The translations under genes were made by a program, and so were the position numbers. This document shows, one piece after another, positions 13,621 to 25,740 of a stretch of 64,000 nt of DNA; positions within the stretch are counted from its first letter, which is position 1, and each line of letters begins with the position of its first letter. The stretch comes from the human T2T-CHM13v2.0 reference genome, Homo sapiens: the NCBI RefSeq assembly GCF_009914755.1, contig NC_060929.1, one strand, 5' to 3'. The notes under the pieces were generated by a model. The model saw only the letters and a program-made list of their open reading frames with translations. It searched no databases and had not been told where the DNA came from.

Positions 13621-14289
13621 ATCTTCTTCATTTTCCACTATGATAAAGTGTCAGAACTGAGAAGCTGAGGTATATCCAGGCCTTCAACTTGAGAAATAAC
13701 ACTTTCTACTTTGTAGGCTGAAGTTTGATGTCTTGATGACATAATGCAAAAAAGGTGGCAATTTTTTTTCTGTGCCTGCCTCCAATCATGACCTGCAAAT
13801 GAAGATTTTTGCCCAAATAGGGATTGCCAGACTAGGTCAAATAGGTAAAAACATTTGTCTTAAAACTGTGTGACGATCTGTGTCATTTGACCAAATTTTC
13901 AAATGTTCCTCAAACTAACAGATATCTCATATTGCATAATTAGCAGTTCCTAAATCCTAAAAAGACATTTATAAAAACAAATGGAAATGCAGAACAGTTG
14001 TGTCTATATTCATATCAATATAAAGGAAGGAAAAGGAACCCTCAGAACCAATCTCAACCTGATTTAAAGCCACATTACCCCTTTCCTTCCCTCAAAGGCA
14101 AAGGCTTAATTCTTTAATTCTTAGATTCTCACATTAACTTGAGAACTTTTTGGTTTCTCTGTCATGCCAGTATACTAGACAAGTTTCTTTTGCTATCTGG
14201 ATTTCCCTCAGGTTTTGATGCTGCTGCTCTCACTTCACACTCAGGTCCCTACATATCCACTGAAACAATTTAAAGGAATAATCTTAGGT

Positions 14290-17117
14290 ACAGGACTCCC
14301 CACTTATCTGTGGTTTCACTTTTGACAGTTTCAGGTACCTGCAGTCAACCACAGTTTGAAAACATTAAGTGGAAAATTCCAGAAATAATTAATAAGTTTT
14401 AAATTCTGTGCAATTCTGAGTAATGAAATCTTATGCCCTGGAACGTGAATCATCCCTTTGTCCAGCATATCCACACTGGAGACGCTCCCTGCCGGTTAGT
14501 CCCTTACTAGCCATCTGTATTAGTTGTTTTCACACTGCTGATAAAGATATACCTAAAACTGGGAAGAAAAAGAGGTTTAATTGGACTTACAGTTCCACAT
14601 GGCTGGGGAAGCCTCAGAATCATGGCAGGAGGTGAAAGGTACTTCTTACATGGTGGTGGCAAGAGAAAAATGAGGAAGAGGCAAAAGTTTTGGAAACCCC
14701 TGATAAACCCATGAGATCTCGTCAGTCTTATTCACTATCATGAGAATAGCACAGGAAAGACCAGCCCCCATGATTCAATTACTGCACCCCCACCCCCGGG
14801 TCCCTCCCACAACACATGGGAATTCTGGGACATACAATTCAAGTTGAGATTAGGGTGGGGACACAGCCAAACCATATCATTCCACCCCTGGCCCCTCCAA
14901 ATCTCATGTCCTCACATTTCAAAACCAATCATGCCTTCCCAATAGTCCCCCAAAGTCTTAGCTTATTTCAGTATTAACCCAGAAGTCCACAGTCCAAAGT
15001 CTCATCTGAGACAAGGCTAGTAAGTCTCTTCTGCCTATGAGCCTATAAAATCAAAAGCAAGCTAGTTACTTCCAGATACAAGGGCCGGAGGGATGGGGGG
15101 CAGGGGGTAGGGGGGTGTCACAGGTTAAATACAGCTGTTCCAAATGGGAGAAATTGGCCAAAACAAAGGGGTTACGGGGCCCATGCAAGTCTGAAATCCA
15201 GTGAGTTAGTCAAATTTTAAAGCCCCAAAATGATCTCCTTTGACTCCAGGTCTCATATCCAGGTCATGCTGATGCAAAAGATGGATTCCCATGGTCTTGG
15301 GCAGCTCCGCCCCTGTGACTTTGCAGCCTACCTCCCGGCTGCTTTCACAGGCTGGCATTGAGTGTCTGTGGCTTTTCCAGGTACATGGTGCAAGTTGTTG
15401 GTGGATCTACCATTCTGGGGTCTGGAGGATGACGGCTCTCTTCCCACAGCTCCACTGGGCAGTGCCCCAGTAGGGATTCTGTGTGAGGGCTCCAATCCCA
15501 CATTTCCCTTCTGCACTGCCCTAGCAAAGGTTCTCCATGACAGCCCTGCCCTGCAGTAATACTTCTGCCTGGGCATCTAGGTGTTTCCATACGTCTTCTA
15601 AAATCTAGGCAGAGGTTCCCAAACCTCAATTCTTGACTTCTGTGTACCCACAGGCTCAGCACCATGTGGAAGCTGCCAAGGCTTGGGGCCTCCACCCTCT
15701 GAAGTCACAGCCTGAGCTCTATATTGGCTCCTTTCAGCCACAGCTGGAGCAGCTGGGACACAGGGCACAAAGTCCCTAGCCTACACATAGCATGAGGACC
15801 GTGGGCCTGGCCCACGAAACCACTTTTTCCTCCTGGGTCTCTGGGCCTGTGATGGGAAGGGCTGCTGTGAAGGTCTCTGACATGGCCATGGAGACATTTT
15901 CCCCATGGTCTTGGGGATTAACATTAGGCTCCTTGCTACTTATGCAAATATCTGCAGCCAGCTTTAATTTCTTCTCAAAAAATGGGTTTCTCTTTTCAAC
16001 TGCATTGTCAGGCTGCAAATTTTCTGAAGTTTTATGCTGTTTCCCTTTTAAAACAGAATGCTTTTAACAGCACCGAAGTCACCTTTTGAGTGCTTTGCTG
16101 CTTAGAAATTTCTTCCACCAGATACCCTAAATCATCTCTCTCAAGTTCAAAGTTCCACAAATCTCTAGGGCAGAGGCAAAATGCTGCCAGTCTTTTTGCT
16201 AAAACATAACATAGTAACCTTTGCTCCAGTTCCCAAAAAGTTCCTAATATCCATCTGAGACCACCTCAGCCTGGATCTTATTGTTCATATCACTATCAGC
16301 ATGTTGGTCAAAGCCATTCAACATGTCTCTAGGAGGTTCCTAACTTTCCCACATTTTCCCGTCTTCTTCTGAGTCCTCCAAAGTTCCAAAGTCGCTTCCA
16401 CATTTTTGGGTATCTTTTCAGCAACACCCACTCTACTGGTACCAATTTACTGTATTAGTCCATTTTCATGCTTGTGATAAAGACACACCCAAAACTGGGA
16501 ACAAAAAGAGGTTTAATTGGACTTAGAGTTCCACAGGGCTGGGGAGGCCTCAGAATCATGGCGGGAGGCAAAAGGTACTTCTTACATGGTGGTGGCAAAA
16601 GAAAAATGAGGAAGAGGCAAAAGGGGAAACCCCTGATAAACCCATCAGATCATGTGAGACTTATTAACTATCACGAGAATAGCAAGGGAAAGACCAGACC
16701 CTGTGATTCAATTAGCTCCCCCTGGGTCCCTCCCACAACACATAGGAATTCTGGGAGATACAATTCACGTTGAGATTCTGGTGAGGACACAGCCAAACCG
16801 CATCACTATCTCTGTTACCAGTTGGACTGCCACAGTATCACAGTGCTTGTGTTCAAGTAACCCTTATTTTACTTAATGGTGGCCCTAAAGCACAAGAATA
16901 GTGATGCTGGAATATTGTTACAATTGTTTTATTTTATTATTAGTTACTATTACTCTTTTACTCTTCCTAATTAGTAGGTTAAACATTAACCATAGGTATG
17001 TATGTATAGGAAAAACAATATACATATAGGATTTGGGATTATCTGTGGTCTGTGGTTTCAAGCATACACTAGGGGTTTTGGAACCTATCCTCCATGAATA
17101 AGGGGTGGGGGCTGCTA
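14290..17117 (+). mobile_element. MER44 (Tigger7-derived) element split by a THE1A provirus
   Basis: Left part 14290-14515 (ccccacttatctgtggtttc...tagccatc) resumes at 16806 (ctgttaccag...gtgttcaagtaacccttattttacttaat...ggaacctatcctccatgaataagggg). Confidence 0.85.
14516..16805 (-). mobile_element. THE1A MaLR provirus (LTRs 14516-14879 and 16451-16805 plus internal region)
   Basis: Two direct LTRs tgtattag...catatca/catca, THE1-int between them, 5-bp TSD ccatc (14511-14515) / ctatc (16806-16810); gaaacccctgataaacccat motif fits THE1A. Confidence 0.9.
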
Positions 17118-18369
17118 TATTTAGTAAATAATGAAAACATTGGTAACCTTACCCCTAGAAGATCAAGGAGGAAAGAAATAGTTTTTAAAATTATATAAAA
17201 GTTATATAGCAGACATCTGCAATACAGCCAGTTAGATAAAAAATTTAAGACTGAAAAAAGTTTTCAGTAGGTGAAACAAAATATCTCTTTCACAATAATA
17301 ATCATACTGGAAACTACTGACTTGTAATTCTGTGTGTCAAGCTGCATGCCTAGGTACAGTACACAAATAAATTATCTCAAATAATTTTTACTGAGTCCAT
17401 TTTACAGATAAGAATACAAAAATTGGGCCTTTTATTTGCCCAAAGTCGCATTATAAGGCAACACCTGGATCTGAATTCAGCTCTGCCTAATTCCAAAATC
17501 TATGCACCTCATAACCTTGTGACTGTTGCCTGGCAGGGGCCTGCAGAGTAGCATCCATTAAGCTTGACAGAGTTTTTTAAGATTATGTGGGTCACTTAAC
17601 AGACAGTCTTAAGGTAAGGTTAAACATCAAAGTTAATTTCTGTTGTCTATCTATCCTGCCCCTTCTATCCTTCATATCACAATGGAGCACAAATTATAAT
17701 TAAGAGATACAAAAGCATTCAGTCACTTCCATTTTTTTCTTTAGATACTTACTATATTAAGTCTTAAATGAACATATTGGCATTCCAAATTATTAAGATA
17801 ATGTCATGCTGGTCATTGAAATGCTAAATTAACATGAAGACTACATTTCAAAAATACAAAAGTATAAATAGGAGTGTTTTGTATATTCATACCACGATTT
17901 TTGCCCTTAGAGGAACTCTGAAGTACATTGTTATATGTCTGACTAATGTATTCAACCCTGGAATTTTTGGGGAAGCATTTGTTTTTTTCTGAAATATACT
18001 GTCCCACTAAAGTATCAAATTGGGCATACATGATGACATGAAAAGCATTTCCCAAACCATAGTTAATTTAAGTAAAATGAACTTAATATTATACAGCCTT
18101 AACTAGAAATGAGATGTCTTGCCACACTACCAGTTCTGTCAATAGAAGTTGAGTGAATAGATTTATATCTATTAACTAGAAAAAAGTATAGGCATAAATT
18201 AACATGTCATCTGATGTGAGCAGATTGAGAAAGCCAACAAATTTCTAGTTATTCAATTTAAAGGACACTGAAGTACCACAATGTATACATTCAATTTGAC
18301 TACATAATAATAGCTGCTATTTACTTAGCACTTCTTCATCTACATATTCTGTAATCTTCATTACTATCC

Positions 18370-20724
18370 TGTATTAGTCCATTCTGACACTGCTATAAAG
18401 ATACTATCTGAGACTGGGTAATTTATACGGAAAGGAGGTTTAATTGACTCACAGTTCTGCATGGCTGGGGAGGCCTCAGGAAACTTATGATCATGGTGGA
18501 AGGGGCAGGGGAAGCAAGACACGTCTCACCTGGCAGCAGGAGAGAGAAAGAGCACAAGGGAAACTGCCACATTTAAACCATCAACTCTCCTGAGAACTCC
18601 CTATCACAAGAACAGCATGGAAAAAACCCCCCCATGATCCAACTGCCTCCCACCAGGTCCCTCCCCCAAAACATGCGGGTTACAATTCAAGATTAGATTT
18701 GGGTGGGGACACAGAGCCAAACCATATTATTTTGCACTTGCTCCCTCTCAAATCCCATGTCTTTTTACATTTTAAAACCAATTATGCCTTCACAACAGTC
18801 CCCCAAAGTCTTATTACAGCATTAACTCAAAAGTCCAAGACCAAAGTCTCATCTGAGACATGGCAAGTCCCTTCCACGTATGAGCCTATAAAATCAAAAG
18901 CAAGTTAGTTACTTCCAAGATACAATGAGGGAACAGGCATTGGGTAAATGTTCCTGTTCCAAATGGGAGAAACTGGTCAAACCAAGGGCCACAGGCCCCA
19001 TGAAATCTGAAACCCAGCTGGGCAGCCCTTAAATCTAAAAGCTCCAAAATCTCCTTTGACTCCATGTCTCACATTCAGGGCACACTGAAGTAAGGGGTGG
19101 GCTTTCATACCCTTGGGCAGCTCCGCCCCTGTGGCTCAGCAGGGTACCCCTGTGGCTTTCACAGGCTGGCATTCTGTGGCTTTTCCAGACGTATACTGCA
19201 AACTGTCGGTGAATCTACCTTTCTGGGGCCTGGAGGACAGAGGCCCTCTTCTCACAGCTCCACTAGGTAGTGCCCCAGTGGGGACTCTGTATGAGGGATC
19301 CAACCCCATATTTCCCTTCCGCATTGCCCTAGCAGAGGTTCTCCATGAAGGCTCTGCCTCCATGGCAGACTTCTGCCTGGACATCCAGGCGTTTCTATAC
19401 ATCCTCTTAAATATAGGCACAGGTTCCCAAACCTCAACTCTTGTCTTCTGCGCACCTGCAGGCCCAACACCACGTGAAAGCTGTCAAAGCTTGGGGCTTG
19501 CACCCTCTGAAGCAATGGTGCGAGCTGTAACTTGGCCCCTTACAGCCACAGCTGGAGCTGGAGCATCAGGGATGCAGGGCACCATGTCGTGAGGCTGTAC
19601 AGAGCAGCAAGGCCCTGAGCAGGAAACCATTTTTCCCTCCTAGTTCTCAGGCCTGTGATGGGAGGGGCTGCCCCGAAGATCTCTGCCATGCCCTGGAGAC
19701 ATTTTCTCCATTGTCTTGGTTATTAACATTTGGCTCCTTGTTACTTATTACTTATTACTTTTTACTTATTATTACTTATTACTCCTTGTTACTTATTCAG
19801 ATTTCTGCAGCTGGCTTGAATTCCTCCCCAGAAAATGGGGTTTTCTTTTCTACTACATGGTCAGGCTGCAAATTTTCCAAACCTTTATGTTCTGCTTCAC
19901 TTCTAAACCTAAGTTCCAATTTCAGACCATATCTTCGTGAATGCACATGACTGAACGCTTTCAGAATCAGCCAAGTCACCACTAGGATGCTTTGCTGCTT
20001 AGAAATTTTCTTCTGCCAAATACCCTAAATCATCTCAAAGTTCATCAGTTCTCTAGGGCAGGGGTAAAATGCTGCCAGTCTTTTTGCTAAAGCATAGCAA
20101 AAATAACCTTTGCTCCAGTTCCCAATAAGTTCCTCATCTCTGGGACCATTTCAGCCTGGACTTCATTGTCCACGTCACTATCAGCATTTTGGTCAAAAGT
20201 ATTCAAAACAAGTCTCTAGGACGTTCCAAACTTTCCTATATCTTCCAGTTTTCTTCTGAGCCCTCCAAACTGTTCTAACCACTGCCTGTTACCCAGTTCC
20301 AAAGTCACTTCCGCATTTTCAGATTATCTTTATAGCAGTACCCAACCCTGCCAGTACCAATTCTCTGTATTAGTCAGTTTTTACACTACTATAAAGAATA
20401 TCTGAGACTGGGTAATTTATAAGGGAGGTTTAATTTACTCATAGTTCTGCATAGCTGGGGAGGCCTCAAGAAACATACAATCATGGCAGAAGGCAAAGAG
20501 GAAGCAAGGAAAGTCTTACATGGTGGCAGGAGAGAGAGAAAGCACAGGGGAAACTGCCATATTTAAACCATCAGATGTTTTGCGATCTCCCACACTATCA
20601 CGAGAACAGCATGGAGGAAATCACTTCCATGATCCAAACACCTCACACCAGGTCCCTCCCTCAATATATGGGGATTACAATTCAAGATAAGATTTGGGTG
20701 GGGACACAGAGCCAAACCATATCA
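18370..20724 (-). mobile_element. THE1D-like MaLR provirus (LTRs 18370-18729 and 20366-20724), inserted in a MIR
   Basis: Two direct LTRs, THE1/MST internal region, TSD tatcc (18365-18369) / catcc (20725-20729); MIR core continues at 20730-20860 (cccatttgacagatgcagaaact). Confidence 0.88.
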
Positions 20725-22155
20725 CATCCTGAAAGTAGGTATCTCTAATCCCATTTGACAGATGCAGAAACTAGGACTCAGAAATGTTAGAGAATTGGTC
20801 CCAGAACACTATATTATACATTTATTAAGAGGCAAAATCTAAATTTGCATTCAAGATTCCAAGTCTACTGCTGCTTTATTTTTTTGCACATGCCAATAGT
20901 AAAAGCTTGGTTTTCAAACTGTATCACAGATTAAGATAGATTAAATTAGAACAATATTATAATAATTAGAGGATGTTAGAACTCCTCTATTTCACAGAAA
21001 TAAAGGTTAAATGATACCCAAAGTAACAGGTATCATAGGTAAGAAATTAACACCTTTTTTTAAATACCAATACTCATGTATTATTCCTTTACCCTGCATT
21101 CTCCAGATACAGATAAAAGGGCTGACTACATTTTTTTTAAATATGTGAATTGTTCTAAAATTCAATACTTTTCTACATTCTGGTGAGATCCTCTTGGTAA
21201 ATTATATAATTAAATATCAGTCAAAACATACTAAAAAATGTATTGTGGTGCTGCATATAATGTATATGTACTCTGATTTTCACATATTTGTCTACATATA
21301 CATTTGTCAATTCACAATAACAGAGTGATGTGCCAAGTAAACTATCGTGTAGTTTCACTTTTGAAAATTTAACAATAGAATATAAGTTTTGTTTTTCACA
21401 GTCTAAGTAAGTATAGGTTACTGTGGTTCATTTTAGAACATTCATTAGAAAAGTAACGTGTCTCTTCTAAAACGCTATTTGCTAACATTTTAGAAACTGT
21501 ATGTTAAATAAAGAAGAAACATTTAAAGCAAGTGATGATGTAATTTTTGTTTTAAAATTTTAGGGATATTCTGCACAATGTAAAAATTTCAAGGGCACAC
21601 TTAGCACTTTTTTTGAGAAAGAATAAATGGTAGCTACTGTTGTAGTGGGAGATGTGCAATGTGGAAGCTTTAAAATTGATAAACATTTATAAGCAAAATA
21701 ATAGTAAATAATATTTTCCTTTTTTCTAAAATAATCGTCAGATTTACAAGTGAAATCAATACTGTATTCTCTCAAACTTGTTTTAAAAGCTTTGTCAGAG
21801 TTTGTATCTTCATAAAAGTATTGCAAAAATTAATTTTAACAAACCAAATCCCTCTTGAAAAGAATCAAAAGGAATAAGAATGTGAATGTCAGCCATAAGA
21901 AAGCATTTTTAAAACTGTGTTTTCATATAAGCAGTTCTGCATGCAGGAAACAGAAACTGCTGAGTACCACTGCAGATTGGACACTGCTGTTAACAGCTCC
22001 AAAGTCTAAGAGAAGTGGAATCTCTGAAAATAAAAGTCATTACTTAAAATTTTAATTACCAACATAATTTTTAGAGTTGTCACTTTCAACAAAATCATCC
22101 CTGAAAAAACTTCACAAGTAAAAATAGTTAAATACAACAACAAAGAATTGCAGGG

Positions 22156-23259
22156 GATAGAAAGAATCGATATTGTTAAAATCGCCATACTGCCCAAAGC
22201 AATTAGCGGGTTCAGTGCTATTGCTCTCAAAATACCAATGACATTCATCACAGAATTAGAAAAAAACTATTTTAAAATTCATATAGAATCAAAAAAGGGC
22301 ACAAATAGCCAAAGCAATCCTAAGCCAAAAGAACAAAGCTGGAGGCACCGTATTACCCGACTTCAAACTACTACAAGGCTAAAGTAACCAAAACAGCATG
22401 GTATTGGTACAAAACAGACACATAGACCAATGCAACAGAATAGAGCCCAGAAATAAGACCACACACTTAAAACCATCCAATCTTCAACAAAGTCAACAAA
22501 AACAAGTAATGGGGAAAGGACTCCCTATTCAATAAATGGTGCTGGGATACCATCTCACACCAGTCAGAACAGCTATTATTAAAAAGTCAGAAAATAATAG
22601 ATCCTGGTGAGGTTGCAGAGAAAGGGAAATGCTTATACACTCCTGGTGGAAGTGTAAATTAATCCAGCCATTGTGGAAAGCAGTTTGATGATTTCTCAAA
22701 GAACTTAAAACAGAACTACCATTCGACCCAGCAATCCCATCACTGGGTATATACCCAGAGGAATATAAATGATTCTACCATAAAGACGCATGCATGTGTA
22801 TGTTCACTGCAGTACTACTCACAATAGCAAAGACATAGAATCAACCTAAAAGCCCATCAACAGAAGACTGCATAAAGAAAATGTGGTACATATACACCAT
22901 GGAATTCTACACAGCGATAAAAAGAATGAAATCATGTCCTTTGCGGCAACATGGATGGAGCTGGCAGCCATTATCCTAAGCAAACTAACACAGGAATAGA
23001 AAACCAAATACCACATGTTCTTCTCAGTTATAACTAGGAACTAAACATTGAGTACACAGGGACACAAAGAAGGGAAGGACAGACACTGGGGCCTACTTGA
23101 GGGTGGGAAGAGAATGAAGACTAAAAACCTATCCATCAAGTACTGTGTTTATTTCCTGGGTGATGAAATAATCTGTACAGCAAACCCCTGTGGCACAAAA
23201 TTTGCCTATATAACAAACCTGCACATGTACCTCTGAACCTAAAATAAAAGTTTAACAAA
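22156..23259 (+). mobile_element. 5'-truncated L1 (old L1PA/L1PB) with internal deletion
   Basis: ORF2 C-terminal remnant ([14 protein letters not shown]...[10 protein letters not shown]), L1 3' UTR and A tail; TSD aaagaattgcaggg at 22142-22155 and 23260-23273. Confidence 0.92.
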
Positions 23260-23707
23260 AAAGAATTGCAGGGTTTTTTGGGGAGTGGGCAGGGGAGAAA
23301 AGGAACCAATAAAACAATGATTATGACAAAACCTTTATCCATAGTTTAAAATTAGAACACAAAACATCTAACCACCTGCCAAAACATGAATCACAAAATT
23401 GATATTTTAAGGACAAGTCATTAATTTGTAGCATAAATAGCTGACAACCTTAGACTAAATGTGTCATTGCTGATAAATGATTCACATCTTCAATACTGAA
23501 AGCTGACAAGCATTCAGAACATTAAAACAATATATCACAACACAGACTGTTAAATATTAGGTGGACAGTCAGTGCATGAGTTTAGCTGTACCAGGATTAT
23601 TTTAAGAAAGTTCGGGCACTTTGAGTGTTTTTTTTTTTTTTTAATCCATAACTTTCTGTAAGAACCACACTGTGGATCATAACATCTGAGCTATAAGGAT
23701 TAAGAGT

Positions 23708-23891
23708 GTAACTGGGGCCCGTTGGGTGGGGGGGCGGGACAGCATTAGGAAAAATAGCTAACGCATGCCGGGCTTAATACCTGATGAGTTGATAGGTACA
23801 GCAAACCACCATGGCCACATGTTTACCTATGTAACCTGCACATCCTGCACATGTACCCTGGAACTTAAAATAAAAATTATAATTAAAAAAA
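23708..23891 (+). mobile_element. Short L1PA 3'-end fragment
   Basis: gcattaggaaaaatagctaa...gcaaaccaccatgg...ctgcacatgtaccctggaacttaaaataaaa. Confidence 0.9.
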
Positions 23892-24763
23892 GAATTGAGT
23901 AGCTGCACCACTAGAAAGATGGCAGTAGCAAGACAGAAGAAAGGAAAAGGGCTCAGGTTTAAGCGACTGGAATCATTCCTACATGATTCCTGGCGGCAGA
24001 AACGTGACAAGGTGCGTCTCAGACGACTAGAAGTGAAACCTCATGCCTTGGAATTGCCAGATAAACATTCCTTGGCCTTTGTTGTACGCATCGAAAGGAT
24101 TGATGGCGTGAGTTTACGGGTGCAGAGAACCACTGCAAGACTTCGCCTAAAGAAAATTTTTAGTGGTATCTTTGTAAAAGTTACCCCCTAGAATCTAAAA
24201 ATGCTGCATATAGTGGAACCTTATGTGACCTGGGGATTTCCAAATCTGAAGTCTGTCCGAGAACTCATTTTGAAACGTGGACAAGCCAAGGTCAAGAATA
24301 AGACCATCCCTCTGACAGACAACACAGTGATTGAGGAGCACCTGGGGAAGTTTGGCTTCATTTGCTTGGAAGACCTCATTCATGAAATTGCCTTCCCAGG
24401 GAAGCATTTCCAGGAGATCTCATGGTTCTTGCGCCCTTTCCACCTCTCAGTGGCCCATCATGCTACCAAAAATAGAGTGGGCTTCCTCAAGGAGATGGGC
24501 ACACCTGGCTATCGGGGTGAACGCATCAATCAGCTCATCCGTCAGCTGAACTAGACCCAGGTGAGGCAGGGCTGAAAACTGCCCTTGGGCTGACTTTTGA
24601 TAGGCCATGCCTTGCCACTTTACAAGTTCTTTTTGCATTTACTAGTATTTAAGAGTAACCTTGAGATTGGGAGGAAAGAGGAGGCTGGTACAAATAGATG
24701 GAGACCTGCTGGGATCAGTGAATGCCTGATTAGGACATGGGGCTATGCATAGCCTAAGAGTTA

Positions 24764-25174
<411 letters not shown>

Positions 25175-25348
25175 TCAAAAAGGACTTGAAGATGTGAATC
25201 ATCTATTTTGCTGAAGAAATCTTAACTTTTTGAAATTACTTTTTATTGCTGTTGTCATACTCTTAGGTGACAAACTGCGGTAAATTTTTTATCAGTGAAG
25301 TGGAAGCATGCGTTTTGTTGTTTTGGGAATTTTTATCAAGTATCTTCA

Positions 25349-25740
<392 letters not shown>

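Noticed and set aside
15291-19982. Overlapping ORFs of up to 159 aa in both THE1 internal regions
   Set aside because: Fragments of degenerate MaLR internal sequence with no intact protein.
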